Counted from the stretch's first letter, positions 26,862 to 40,214 are shown. The stretch is 64,000 nucleotides of DNA from Octopus vulgaris (GCA_951406725.2 OX597818.1:134354001-134418000), one strand, 5' to 3'. Notes: generated by a model from the letters alone, not told the origin. Numbers and translations are program-made.

Positions 26862-27271
26862 TTAGAGGAAAAATCAAAAGCAATGCTTCTGCTTCAAGTC
26901 ATTTAGAATAATTTAATTGGAGTAAGGTGAATTTGAAGTCTCACAGCTGTTTCTGGGATAACTCAAGTGGTTGGTTAGCATGTCCGTGCTCTGGGTATTC
27001 CATAATCAGAGACAAGGTGTGAATATTTTAGACGGGGAAAATTTACAGTTTATAAACTGTGAAATTTATTCCTTGTAAACTGTAAATTTTCCCCGTCTAA
27101 AATAATCATACCTTATCTCTGATGACGGAATACCCGGTGCACGGATATGCTAACCAACCACTTGGGTTATCCTAGAAAACACTGTAAGACTTCAAATTTA
27201 TTTAACCCTAATTGAACTATACTAAATGACTTGAAATACTCGTTCCGCCTTGGTTTTGATTTTTCCTCTAA
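26862..27271. repeat. Fold-back palindrome (about 195-bp arms) carrying a hammerhead motif in each arm
   Basis: ttagaggaaaaatcaaaa...ttttgatttttcctctaa. Confidence 0.85.
27116..27190 (+). ncRNA. Degenerate Penelope-type hammerhead motif
   Basis: tct-CTGATGA-c-ggaataccc...gggttatcc-ta-GAAA-acactg-TA-agac. The opposite arm gives GAAA-CAGCTG-TG-agac. Confidence 0.6.
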
Positions 27272-27274
27272 TAG

Positions 27275-27659
27275 GGGAAGCACTCCGTCGGTTACGACGA
27301 CGAGGGTTCCGGTTGATCCGATCAACGGAACAGCCGCCTGCTCGTGAAATTAACGTGTAAGTGGCTGAGCACTCCACAGACACGTGTACCCTTAACGTAG
27401 TTCCCGGGGATATTCAGCGTGACACAGAGAGTGACATGGCCGGCCCTTTGAAATACAGGTACAACAGAAACAGGAAGTAAGGGTGAGGGAAAGTTGTGGT
27501 GAAAGAATACAGCAGGGATCACCACCATCCCCTGCCGGAGCCTCGTGGAGCTTTAGGTGTTTTCGCTCAATAAACACTCACAACGCCCGGTCTGGGAATC
27601 GAAACCGCGATCCTACGACCGCGAATCCGCTGCCCTAACCACTGGGCCATTACGCCACC
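27275..27659 (-). mobile_element. SINE-A
   Basis: TSD tttcctctaata. Confidence 0.92.
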
Positions 27660-27876
27660 ACGTTTCCTCTAATATAGATGTATACATGCTATAACGGGAC
27701 CCTAACACGGATCCCTAGATCCAGCCTTAGCTGTGATCTTGGAACTTAATAGTCGAAGAACTATAGCACTTACCCAGCGTACCTATTCGTTTAGATCAAA
27801 GAAAAGTAATTAAAGTGATAATTAAAATTTCAGATCATTTCGTGACTTTTGGCCCACACTGTATATAACCAGATAG

Positions 27877-28259
27877 GGAGGCGCAATGGCCCAGTGGTTA
27901 GGGCAGCGGACTCGCGGTCGTAGAATCGTGGTTTCGATTCCCAGACCGGGCGTTGTGAGTGTTAATTGAGCGAAAACACCTAAAAGCTCCACGAGGCTCC
28001 GGCAGGGGATGGTGGTGATCCCTGCTGTACCCTTTCACCACAACTTTCTCTCACTCTTTCTTCCTGTTTCTGTTGTACCTGTATTTCAAAGGGCCGGCCT
28101 TGTCACTCTCTGTGTCACGCTGAATATCCCCGAGAACTACGTTAAGGGTACACGTGTCTGTGGAGTGCTCAGCCACTTACACGTTAATTTCACGAGCAGG
28201 CTGTTCCGTTGATGGGATCAACCGGAACCCTCGTCGTCGTAACCGACGGAGTGCTTCCA
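27877..28259 (+). mobile_element. SINE-A
   Basis: TSD atataaccagata. Confidence 0.92.
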
Positions 28260-28307
28260 TATAACCAGATACCTTATAGGAATCATAGTCTCCATAAAAC
28301 ATATATT

Positions 28308-28559
28308 CTTTTATTCGTTTATTTACTCCAGTCATCTGACCGTGGCCAGGCTGGAACACCGCCTTGAAGGGTTTTAGTCGAACAACTCGATCTCAGGATT
28401 TATTTTTGTTGAAGCCTAGTACTTATTATGTTTTTGTCGAACCGCTGTGTTACGGAGACTTAAACACACCAGCATCGGTTGCCAAGCAGTGATGGGGAGA
28501 CAAACACAGACACACGCACACATAGATATATACATACATATATACATACATATATATAA

Positions 28560-28627
<68 letters not shown>

Positions 28628-28796
28628 GCACAAACGCGCGCGATGGGATTCTTTCGATTTCTGTCTGCCAAATCCACTCACGAGGCTTTGGTCGGCCCGA
28701 GGCTATAGAAAAAGACACTCGCCCAAGGTGCCACGCAGTGGGATTGAACCCAAAGCCATGTGGTTTGGAAGCAAACTTCTTACCACACAGCCAAGC
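28308..28796 (-). mobile_element. SINE-C (diverged)
   Basis: Family motifs. Confidence 0.8.
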
Positions 28797-29963
28797 ACAC
28801 ATTATTTATATAACAGTTTTAGAATTTCTCCTCGTGACATATCCTATCTTTTAGGCCTTCTTAAAGGACCAAAAATAGGCAAATTCAAGCCCTTAAATTC
28901 CCACAGAATGTAAGCCCACATCTCATATGTATTAAGGTAAATTAAATTTTTTTTAGTCGACGTTGTGAAGCTTCGAATAAATGTAGATAATTGCTGTATT
29001 GTTAGTATTTCCGTAGATAGAAAGATTAACTTGACCTGGTTTCAAATCTTTTCCTGGTATTGCAAAACTTCCGGGACAAGCCTAAAATATTACGCCAATA
29101 CTTCAAAAAATAATGTTTTCTATGTATTAGTTATATTCGAGCACCATCCTCTCCGAAATAGTCCCCTTTCGGAAAGTATGCAACGATCCTAACGCGTCGT
29201 CTTCAAACCTCAAAAGTAACATAGAAATCGTCTTTATGTAGGCCATTCAACAACTCCAGTGATTCCATTTAAATTTCATCTACCGTCTCGAATCGGTGAC
29301 CCTTCAGTTTTTATTGTATTTCAGACAACTCAAAGAAGTGACGAGGGGATAGATCATGCGAATACGGAGGTATTTTGTGACGATCACAAGAATGCGGTGG
29401 TAGTTCAGGTTTCTTGTGAGAATCTCCTTGTAAATTCCATAACTGATTCCAGTTACCGAAGAGGGTTTATAGATTGTTTGACAGCGATCCTCATGGATGA
29501 GTTAACGATTTTTTTCACTTTCTTTTTATCAGTGTTTCGATAGTGACTGGTCACCTTGAATGTCTGTCATCTTAATCCAGCATTCAATCAGTCTTGACAC
29601 GCATGTTCCACTCAAAAACCTGTATTTGACCTTACGAATGCTGCTAATACCCGAAAGAATTATTCTAAGGGTCTCTGGAGCCAATTTTTCAAGCTTTATG
29701 CAAAATTCAATGACGGCACATTACTCGAAATTGTTGGTCTTTGTGAAGAGAGCCGAGCCGTGCTAACACGACATTGCAAAACCTCTCTGAATAATTGGAC
29801 ATGTGTAGATAACATGAAACTTATTTGCTGACTGACACAGAAAGCTATCACAGATCGCACACATTTCAATTAAATAGTTAAATCACAAAATGTGCAGTCT
29901 GGAAATATTCTGATAACAACTCGAAATTTCCCAACGTCGCATCAATATAAGTTTAAAATTATA

Positions 29964-30466
29964 TCTATATATATAAACCTGTAGTTGTGTGAGTGTCTGT
30001 CCCCTTCGATTTAGATTCCTAACTACTCCCACATTTTGCGGTGCAGTTTAACCAAATTCGGGTATCTTATAGTCGTGATTCATATCGAGCCCGACTGAGT
30101 ATTAGTGCGCGTCTACGATGAGTCTACGATTTTAAAAATAATTTAACATCATTTTTTATTCCATTTTAATGCATAATTTTTCGTGTGTCGATGGCGGCGG
30201 AGTTGGCGTCCATGGTCACACCTGCACCTGTTTGCTTCTCCCCCTTCTTCCCTCCCTCGTGAAGCTGTGGGGAAGGGAGTGTAAGGAAATCAACGTCGTA
30301 AAGCGTTGTCAAGGAGACCAGCGTTCTTTTAGAACAACGACTTCATGGCTTGAAGACACCAAAACAGAAATGGCTAAGAAAGCCCGAATTGGCATCTATA
30401 AGGGAAGTAACTCTCTAAAAATGCTTATATAGTTATATCCCTTACAAACCCGAGCGATACTGCTAG
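29964..30466 (+). mobile_element. Non-autonomous Helitron, type IV (extra internal segment, 10-bp deletion in 3' hairpin)
   Basis: a^TCTATATATATAAA...cccgagcgatactgCTAG^t. Confidence 0.82.
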
Positions 30467-31500
30467 TTATATATAAATGCTTCTTAATGCTGTGATCGCG
30501 TCATTAACTATCTTTCAATCAAAACTAATAAATTTTGAAATCCCACCAACTTTTTTGTCGAGGTGGGTTTACATTCACTATGAAACGCTTGAATCCCCAA
30601 AATCTTCTAAATAAACCAGAAAGGGAGAAAAAATGTCAAAGCCATGTATTTCTATATAATTCTTTTCCAGGTATACGGCTTGAAATTTGAAATTGATTAT
30701 AGAAATTTTCTCATAAGAAGAAACTGAGTAAAAGAAGGGTATCTGAAATTAAACTTTGAATTTGAACCAACATTCAATAAAAAACTAATTTGCAATCTCT
30801 TCCAGCTTAAAAATTGGATGGACATTTTTTTTTTCTTTCGGTTCGAGTTTTAATTTAAATTACAGGCGTCGATTTGATTTCCTCCTTGAATTCTGTGAAT
30901 AAAAACTTCCTAGTTTTACTGATTTTAAATTTCCTGTGTAAAAAATATTTGGAATAGCAATTTTTTTTTAGATATTTAACTGGAATTCAAAGATTTCAAT
31001 GAGTTTGTTACTTTGATATGCAACCGTTCCATTTCATTTAGCTGCAAAGCACATAAATATAGAATAATTAAGTTAAAGGTCGATATACTGAAAATCGTAC
31101 GCAAATTTTGGAAACAGATGAAGGTATCTATTAAGATAAAATCATCTGTGAAATTCTCATCATCGAACGGTTTCCGCTGACAATTGTGTACTGAGTTGAC
31201 TTGGGATGTTGGCATGAAACAATTCTGTTCTTTCATTTCAGGGTTTAAAACTTACTAAGTTTTACAAACCATCACCTAGTTGCTGCTTTAGTTCAGTTAT
31301 TTATTGCCGGAAATGGTATTATGATTTGTTACGTCAAGAATTTTCTTCAAACGTATATACTCTTTTGGAAATTTTGCCTCCAAAATGTCTTAATCTTGAT
31401 GTAATAAATCAAAGCATCTGTTTTTGAAGATTCCTTATTTTTAGGATATAATGTCAAAATTCCAAAGACGAAAGAAAATAAATTGCAGTAAAAACTCTTA

Positions 31501-33940
31501 AGGGATTCCTCTTTGATCTCTTTCGACACCCTCTTTGATTTCTTTCGGCACTCTCTTTGATCTCTTTCGGCAGTCTCTTTTATCTCTTTCGGGAATCCCA
31601 TTTGATATCTTTCGGCACTCTTTGATCTCTATCGGTACTCCTCTTTGATCTCTTTCGGCACTCTCTTTGTTCTCTTTCGGCACTCTCTTTGTTCTCTTTC
31701 GGCACCCTGTTTGATCCCTTTCGGCACCCACTTTGATCTCTTTCGGCACGTCCTTTGATCTCTTTCGGCACGTCCTTTGATCTCTTTCGGGACACCCTTT
31801 GATCTCTTTCGGCACGTCCTTTGATCTCTTTCCGCACCCTCTTTGATCTCTTTCGGGACCCCCTTTGATCTCTTTCGGCACGTCCTTTGATCACTTTCGG
31901 CACGTCCTTTGATCTCTTTCGGTACTCCTCTTTGATCTCTTTCGGGACCCTCTTTGATCTCTTTCGGCACGTCCTTGGATCTTTTTCGGGACCCCATTTG
32001 ATCTCTTTCGGCACGTCCTTTGATCTCTTTCGGCACGTCCTTTGATCTCTTTCGGAACCCTCTTTGATCTCTTTCGGCACGTCCTTTGATCTCTTTCGGT
32101 ACTCCTCTTTGATCTCTTTCGGCACCCTCTTTGATCTCTTTCGGGACCCCCTTTGATCTCTTTCGGCACGTCCTTTGATCTCTTTCGGTACTCCTCTTTG
32201 AGCTCTTTCGGCACCCTCTTTGATATCTTTCGGCACCCTCTTTGATCTCTTACGCCACGTCCTTTGATCTCTTTCGGTACTCCTCTTTGATCTCTTTCGG
32301 CACCCTCTTTGATCTCTTTCGGGACCCCCTTTGATCTCTTTCGGTACTCCTCTTTGATCTCTTTCGGTACCCTCTTTGATCTCTTTCGGCACGTCCTTTG
32401 ATCTCTTTCAGTACTCCTCTTTGATCTCTTTCGGCACGTCCTTTGATCTCGTTCAGTATTCCTCTTTGATCTCTTTCGGCACGTCCCTTGATCTCTTTCG
32501 GTACTCCTCTTTGATCTCTTTCGGCACCCTCTTTGATCTCTTTCGGCACGTCCTTTGATCTTTTTCGGTACTCCTCTTTGATCTCTTTCGGCACGTCCAT
32601 TGATATCTTTCGGTACTCCTCTTTGATCTCTTTCGGCACGTACTTTGATATATTTCGGTACTCCTCTTTGATCTCTTTCGGCACGTCCTTTGATCTCTTT
32701 CGGTACTCCTCTTTGATCTCTTTCGGCACCCTCTTTGATCTCTTTCGGCACGTCCTTTGATCTCTTTCGGTACTCCTCTTTGATCTCTTTCGGCACCCTC
32801 TTTGATCTCTTTCGGCACGTCCTTTGATCTCTTTCGGTACTCCTCTTTGATGTCTTTCGGCACGTCCTTGGATCTTTTTCGGGACCCCCTTTGATTTCTT
32901 TCGGCACGTCCTTTGATCTTTTTCGGTACTCCTGTTTGATCTCTTTCGGCACGTCCTTTGATCTCTTTCGGCACGTCCTTTGATCTCTTTCGGCGCCCTC
33001 CTTGATCTCTTTGGACACGTCCTTTGATCTCTTTCGGCACGTCCTTTGATCTCTTTCGGTACTCCTCTTTGATCTCTTTCGGCACCCTCTTTGATCTCTT
33101 TCGGCACGTCCTTTGATCTCTTTCGGCACGTCCTTTAATCTCTTTCGGTACTCCTCTTTGATCTCTTTCGGCACCCTCTTTGATCTCTTTCGGGCCCCCC
33201 TTTGATCTCTTTCGGCACGTCCTTTGATCTCTTTCGGTACTCCTCTTTGATCTCTTTCTTCACCCTCTTTGATCTCTTTCGACACGTCCTTTGATCTCTT
33301 TCGGTACTCCTCTTTGATCTCTTTCGGCACCCTCTTTGATCTCTTTCGGCACGTCCTTTGATCTCTTTCGGTACTCCTCTTTGATCTCTTTCGGCACCCT
33401 CTTTGATCTCTTTCGGCACGTCCTTTGATCTCTTTCGGTACTCCTCTTTGATCTCTTTCGGCACCCTCTTTGATCTCTTTCGGCACGTCCTTTGATCTCT
33501 TTCGGTACTCCTCTTTGATGTCTTTCGGCACGTCCTTGGATCTTTTTCGTGACCCCCTTTGATCTCTTTCGGCACGTCCTTTGATCTTTTTCGGTACTCC
33601 TGTTTGATCTCTTTCGGCACGTCCTTTGATCTCTTTCGGGACCCCTTTTGATCTCTTTCGGCACGTCCTTTAATCTCTTTCGGTACTCCTCTTTGATCTC
33701 TTTCGGCACGTCCTTTGATCTCTTTCGGCACCCTCTTTGATCTCTTTCGGGACCCCCTTTGATCTCTTTCGGCACCTCCTTTGATCTCTTTCGGCACGTC
33801 CTTTGATCTTTATCGGCACGTCCTTTGATCTCTTTCGGGACCCTCTTTAATCTCTTTCAGCACTCTCTTTGATCTCTATCGGGATTCCATTTTGATCTCT
33901 TTCGGGACTCCCTTTTGATATCTTTCGGCACCCCCTTTGA
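31501..33940. repeat. 22/23-bp minisatellite, about 110 units
   Basis: Constant tttgatctctttcgg plus variable cacgtcc, tactcctc, caccctc or gaccccc. Confidence 0.97.
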
Positions 33941-34071
33941 TAGGGTTAGGGGTTAGGGGTTAGGGTTAGGGTTAGGGTTTAGCGTTATGGTTTAGGGTTA
34001 GGTTTAAAGTTAGGGTTAGGGTTGGGGTTAGGGTTAGGATTAGGGCTTAGGGTTAGTGTTAGGGGTTAGGT

Positions 34072-34106
<35 letters not shown>

Positions 34107-34146
34107 GTTTAGGCTTAGAGTGTTAGGGTTAGGGGTAGGTTTAGGG
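33941..34146 (+). repeat. Interstitial degenerate (TTAGGG)n
   Basis: About 34 TTAGGG/TTAGGGG/TTTAGG units. Confidence 0.95.
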
Positions 34147-34267
34147 GAGGCTGAATTCTCTAGAATTATTTTCTCAGTTACTGATTCTTGCAAAACAACC
34201 ATTCTATTTAGTTCTATGTTGTGTTTCTGAATTTTAGTCATCAAAATAAGTTTGCTCAGAATATATA

Positions 34268-34459
34268 GGCGCAGAAGTGACTGTATAGTAAGTATAGTCG
34301 CAGGAGTGGCTATGTGGTAAGTATCTTGCTTACCAACCACATGGTTCCGGGTTCAGTCCCACTGCGTGGCACCTTAGGCAGGTGTCTTCTACTATAGCCT
34401 CGGGCCGACCGAAGCCTTGTGAGTGGATTTGGTAGACGGAAACTGAAAGAGGCCTGTCG

Positions 34460-34517
<58 letters not shown>

Positions 34518-34779
34518 CGTGTGTGTGTGTGAGTGAGTGTGTGTGTGTGTGTGTGCGTGTGTGTGTGTGTCTGTGTTTGTGTGTCTGTGTTTGTCCCCCC
34601 AACATCGCTTGACAACCGATGCTGGTGTGTTTACGTCCCCGTCACCTAGCGGTTCTGCAAGAGAAACCGATAGAATAAGTACTAGTCTTACAAAGAATAA
34701 GTCCTGGGGTCGATTTGCTCGACTGAAGGCGGTGCTCCAGCATGACCGCAATCAAATGACTGAAACAAATTAAAAGAAT
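34268..34779 (+). mobile_element. SINE-C
   Basis: Family motifs; duplicated start of head. Confidence 0.88.
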
Positions 34780-35847
34780 TGATATATATATTCATATAAT
34801 ATTCATATAATACACACATATATATATATATGTAAATTATATATACATACATACATACATACATACACATATACATACATACATACGTTTGGTGTCTATA
34901 AGGCATATTAGCAGTTGATATTGTATATATGTGTACACACATATATGTATATATGTGTGTGTGTAGTATGTATGTATATTTATGAAAGTGTTAACCTCTT
35001 TAAACCACTTTAAACAACAACAACAACAACAACACTCCTTTAACCCAGACTCGTCCCTAACATAATTTGTACTTCCAGAACTGTGTATCTACTACGTCGT
35101 ATTTTAGTTTGTTTCCCATGATACAGTCAACTTCTTGTAAAAAAATACTTTTTACTTATTTTGTCCTTGGGTTGGGGCGTTGATTACGACTCTGTAGTAT
35201 CGGAATTTGTATAACCTCTAATCTTTTGGTCCATGAACAGAAAAAAAAAAAACTTCCTTTGCGTTCTGTTATGTGGAAATCTTTCTCATTCTCAATTGAA
35301 AACCACAATATTCACCCATTTCCTTTTTTTTTTTTTCATCCGGAATCTCTTTCCGCTTTACCTCAGTCAGCAATGACCTTCAGAGGTAAGTTGTAGCATC
35401 AAGTACATTTTATGAATGAAGACATAGACTATACATGCATCAGACCATTATACGGGTCAGTCCAGGTCAGTCCAGTAACTTCAACTTAGTTTAATGGGAA
35501 AGAGAGAAAGAGTTTAGAGAGAGACCGTGAGAGCACTATTGAAACATATCGCTGACTCGCTCTTCTACAGGAAGTTTGATCAACTTTCATATTGGCTGAA
35601 CACATTGATTTTGTTTAACCCATTTCGTCCTGGTTGTCAGCAGTATTATTGAATGGACGCCATAGCATTGCATTTGCGAGACATGAGGGAATAATTCCAA
35701 TCACTTCTTTATAAACACATATTTTTACATCTCTGTTGTTACAAAGTGGTTGTAATTGTAACTCTCTAATAAATAATTTGTCTATTTGCAAAACTGTAAC
35801 ACGCAATCGGCTTTCGTCTAGGACATTTTTATTTTTTAATTTACATA

Positions 35848-36259
35848 GGCGCGGGAGTGGCTGTGTGGTAAGTAGCTTGCTTACCAACCACATGGTTCTG
35901 GGTTCAGTCCCACTGCGTGGCATCATGGGCAAGTGTCTTCTGCTATAGCCTCGGGCCAACCAAAGCCTTGTGAGTGGATTTGGTAGACGGAAACTGAAAG
36001 AAGCCCGTCGTATGTATATATATATATATGTGTGTGTGTATGTTTGTGTGTCTGTGTTTGTCCCTCTAGCATTGCTTGACAACCGATGCTGGTGTGTTTA
36101 GGTCCCCGTCACTTAGCGGTTCGGCAAAACAGACCGATAGAATAAGTACTGGGCTTACAAAGAATAAGTCCTGGGGTCAATTTGCTCGACTAAAGGCGGT
36201 GCTCCAGCATGGCCGCAGTCAAATGACTGAAACAAGTAAAGGAGTAAAAGAGTAAGAGT
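35848..36259 (+). mobile_element. SINE-C
   Basis: Full-length, with (gtaaaa)n-like tail. Confidence 0.9.
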
Positions 36260-36680
36260 ATATACTCAGCATTTCAATCGGTTCCATCTCCAGGAGTCTC
36301 GTATGTTTTATTTATGGATATGTGCATATTACTGGACGAATTTTACCTCAATACTTTTATGTTATGTAGATGCATTTTTCACTACAGGCAGCCATATTGT
36401 TAAATCGCTTCTGATCCTTACAGCAACAGTGCAGTGAGATTATTGATGAAATACCATGGTGACGTTAATTCATTTTTATCCTTATCTTCACTTTCAGAGA
36501 AGATACTTAGCACAAACAGAATTTGCTTCAAAACAAATTAAAAGCTTAGGAAGTGAAATAGAATTAGTGTGCGTGTTTATTATTGGTATAACGACCCTCT
36601 CGAGATATAAGAAAATTAAAAATATCAACTGTCGAACGTTTCTTAAAATTTTAAATTTAACTTATTTTATAAGTATATAG

Positions 36681-37049
36681 TTATTACTTCCGCCTTAGCG
36701 AAGGCGGGGGGTATTGTTTTTAGTTGTGTTTTTTTGTTTGTCTGTCTGTAGACATGTCTCAAGAACCGCTGAATGGACTCGGATGAAACTTTCAGGGATG
36801 TTTGGCCTCGTGACTGGCACAAAATGATTAGATTTTGGAATCAATCTGCTACCGGACAAGGATTCTGGATTATTTTTCCTGTTTTTTTTTTTTTTTATTA
36901 ATTTTTGAGAGCCGTCGGGTTCATTTTTTAGTATTCTCGTTTGTGAGAGCAGTCGAGTTTATTTCAGACATTCTTATTTTGAAAATCGTCTCTGGCTCAT
37001 TGTTGAGTGCTACTTTGGCGGAGGTTTGCGCTCTCTGAGTGCTCTTGTT
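36681..37049 (+). mobile_element. Helentron-associated (HINE/DINE-1-like) element
   Basis: 5' ttattacttccgcc with short inverted copy, (tgtc)n, 3' subTIR ggcggaggt plus hairpin gcgctc-tct-gagtgc, TT ends. Confidence 0.72.
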
Positions 37050-37429
37050 ATCATGTACTGCTTTTGGGTTTGTTTGTTTTTTTAGTTTATTAATATTTTT
37101 TATTTAATTTTTTTTTTCTTTTACATGGTACAAAACGAATACTTTCCGATTGTAAATACCAAGAATCTCATTCAAAAGTAATACTTTACTGTCGGTATGT
37201 TCTGTGAAAAACACCCCGTCATAGTCTGGAAAAGAAGTGACCAGCCCCCTTAAGTCGCCCATGTGCAGGTTTGCAATTAAATGTTCCACTACTCTCCTAC
37301 CGCCACAAAATTCTGTGAGAGACCCATAGTGTGTTTTCCAAGAAGTTCCTATGCGTGAAATTGATTATAGTGAATGAAGCGTACGCGGAACTGCTGTCAC
37401 CCTCTCTCTTTCTCTCTCTCTTTCCCTCT

Positions 37430-37462
<33 letters not shown>

Positions 37463-37659
37463 ACAGATATTTAAAAAATAAATATCTATCATTTCAACGG
37501 CAATTGAAATCTAAATAAATGTTTAAAATGCAGAAAAAAACATAGCGTTCATTATTACAAGTCGGTGAATACGTGAGGAAAAGTACTGAATACATAATGT
37601 AGAGTTTAATAGTAATAACTAAAGGGTAATGTTTCTTCTATCATTAGTCTGAGGTGCCG

Positions 37660-38008
37660 CTATTTTTCGTGAGTGTAGTGGCCTGAAAGCATAACGCGGA
37701 ACGCAGAGAAACGACGGCGAAAAATCTCGTTGCCGTAAGCTTGCCGAAGCATGCTCAATGTCTCTGTAGCAGACTTTCCAAGTTTAACACAAAATTTCAC
37801 GTTGGCTTTTTGTTCCTGCCCATGACAAAATCGCAGACTACAGCATACACGAGATCACAAATTTCGCAACTTGTGAAGTAAATTCGGCGATGTCACTCGG
37901 CACACTGCCTCATGAAGGTCACTGCTAGCACTCACCGCGCACGCAACCATGTGCTGCCATCTGTTGACGCGCTACGGAACTAGTTCGGGAACTTTTACAT
38001 ACCACCTC

Positions 38009-38009
<1 letters not shown>
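37660..38009 (-). mobile_element. Mariner 5' end remnant
   Basis: QEQKANVKFCVKLGKSATETLSMLRQAYGNE (N-terminal HTH). TIR ends ...ccacctcg|TA. Confidence 0.8.
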
Positions 38010-38074
<65 letters not shown>

Positions 38075-38077
<3 letters not shown>

Positions 38078-38735
38078 TTATAAATAAGGGCAAAAGAAAA
38101 AAGTTATTATGCCAAATATTCCGAGAAATAGATTTTAAATCGTCAATAACCAAATATAATTCATCACTAAATTCTTTATTAATTAACTCAGAAATCGGAC
38201 GGATTTGGTAAAAACGGAATTTTTTAGAAATTTCTGACAGCTTGCTTCGAAATGCGTGCTTTTAGTGATGAACTAGCAGTATCGCCCGGCGTTGCTCGGG
38301 TTTGTAAGGGAAATAACTATAAAGCATTTTTAGGGAGTTATAGACAAAAAAGGGGAAAAAAATGATGATAAATTTTTTTGAGAGTTAAAAAGGTCGAGTT
38401 GCGTCTCCTAGACAGTCTGTGGTTTGTGTTTCTGATTCTCGACCCCATGTCGAATTTATCGATTTTTTTCAGAACTGGGGGAACTTTTCAAAATTTTCGC
38501 TGCGTTACTTTTGAATTATGACATTGGGCTATGTGTGTGTCAAGTGTCATCAGAATCGGTTGAAAGCCGCGGTCAGGGTGAGGGTACAACCTAACAGACA
38601 CACAGACACGCAGACAGACAAACTGCCGTTTATATATAGAGAGATTATATGTGGTTATTGACGATTTAAAGTCTATTTCTCGGCATATTTGGCATAGGAA
38701 TCTTTTTTTGCTTTTGCTTTATTTATAAGTTGTTT
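38075..38735. repeat. Fold-back palindrome between (TA)n tracts, right arm split by a Helitron
   Basis: aaatcgtcaataaccaaatataattcatcactaaa versus tttagtgatgaa^ttatatgtggttattgacgattt. Confidence 0.8.
38273..38644 (-). mobile_element. Non-autonomous Helitron, type III
   Basis: The opposite palindrome arm shows the empty site: precise A^T insertion with no TSD. Confidence 0.9.
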
Positions 38736-38901
38736 ATAATTTTCACCTTAAAAGGTATTTTTAATATGCTGGCTACTGATAAAATATTTTGAAAATGTTA
38801 TCCTCTGTTAGATGTTATATATATATATATATATATATACACACGCACGTACATAGACATGTACATACACATACATATACACATACATTTACACATACAT
38901 A

Positions 38902-39200
<299 letters not shown>

Positions 39201-39478
39201 TTTTTGTGTATGTGTGTGTTTGCATATATATTAAATGGAAAGTAACAAACTGAGGTTTAAGATTAAGGTGAATGTTTCTCCTTGGAATGAAGAAAGTAAA
39301 CTCCGGCACCCCCACTCTTAGCGGATCTGTGAGATTTGGAAATGAGGTGGAGGTGAGCTCGGGAAATTGCTTTGTTTAATAACATTAAAATGGCCTTAAT
39401 TCATTTAGACTTGTCCAACAACATGGCGAAGAAAGTTGAATTACATGGACGCAAAAGCTGTGTTGTCTTCTCCTTATT

Positions 39479-39749
39479 CAGTGGTTCTCAACCATTTTTT
39501 GCATATGGACCTCTTCGATTTCTATTCTACTCCACTGGACCCTCATACCCATTCAATGTTTTAAAATATCCAGTAGTACTTTCGTGATTAAATATAATTC
39601 GGAATTGTATAATAAAGATTATAAAAATATTTTGCGTATTGAATATAGCCAGTTCATTGCACATAGATTTTAACAGCAAAATCTTATATAGATCCCTTGG
39701 GGCCATATAGATCCCTTGGGGCCATATGGACCCCGGTTGAGAACAACTG
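39479..39749. mobile_element. hAT-type MITE
   Basis: TIR cagtggttctcaacc/ggttgagaacaactg. 8-bp TSD tccttatt/tccttaat. Confidence 0.85.
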
Positions 39750-39832
39750 TCCTTAATGAAAAAGAATGTCCTTAATATTTTTCTGGTGAAAATGGTTGTG
39801 ATATTCGTCAATTTGAGAACCATTGTTTTGGA

Positions 39833-40214
39833 TGGAAGCACTCCGTCGGTTACGACGACGAGGGTTCCGGTTGATCCGATCAAACGGAACAGCCTGCTCG
39901 TGAAATTAACGTGTAAGTGGCTGAGCACTCCACAGACACGTGTACCCTTAACGCAGTTCTCGGGGATATTCAGCGTGACACAGAGAGTGACAAGGCCGGC
40001 CCTTTGAAATACAGGTACAACAGAAACAGGAAGTAAGAGTGAGAGAAAGTTGTGGTGAAAGAGTACAGCAGGGATCACCACCATCTCCTGCCGGAGCCTC
40101 GTGGAGCTTTAGGTGGTTTCGCTCAATAAACACTCACAACGCCCGGTCTGGGAATCGAAACCGCGATCTACGACCGCGAGTCCGCTGCCCTAACCACTGG
40201 GCCATTGCGCCTCC
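39833..40214 (-). mobile_element. SINE-A
   Basis: TSD accattgtttt. Confidence 0.92.

Noticed and set aside
29050-29923. Possible old mariner remnant
   Set aside because: Only a vague TIR-like end and no translatable motif; too degraded to call.
31498-33797. Long R/K/E-rich ORFs (up to 546 aa) on the minus strand
   Set aside because: They are open in all three frames because the satellite unit lacks stops on that strand. The same peptides cycle between frames.
31501-33940. CRISPR-like constant repeat plus variable spacer
   Set aside because: Linkers are 7-8 bp and reused many times; eukaryotic context and no cas genes.
33941-34146. True chromosome end
   Set aside because: The tract is short and degenerate, and is followed by sequence collinear with the paralogue.
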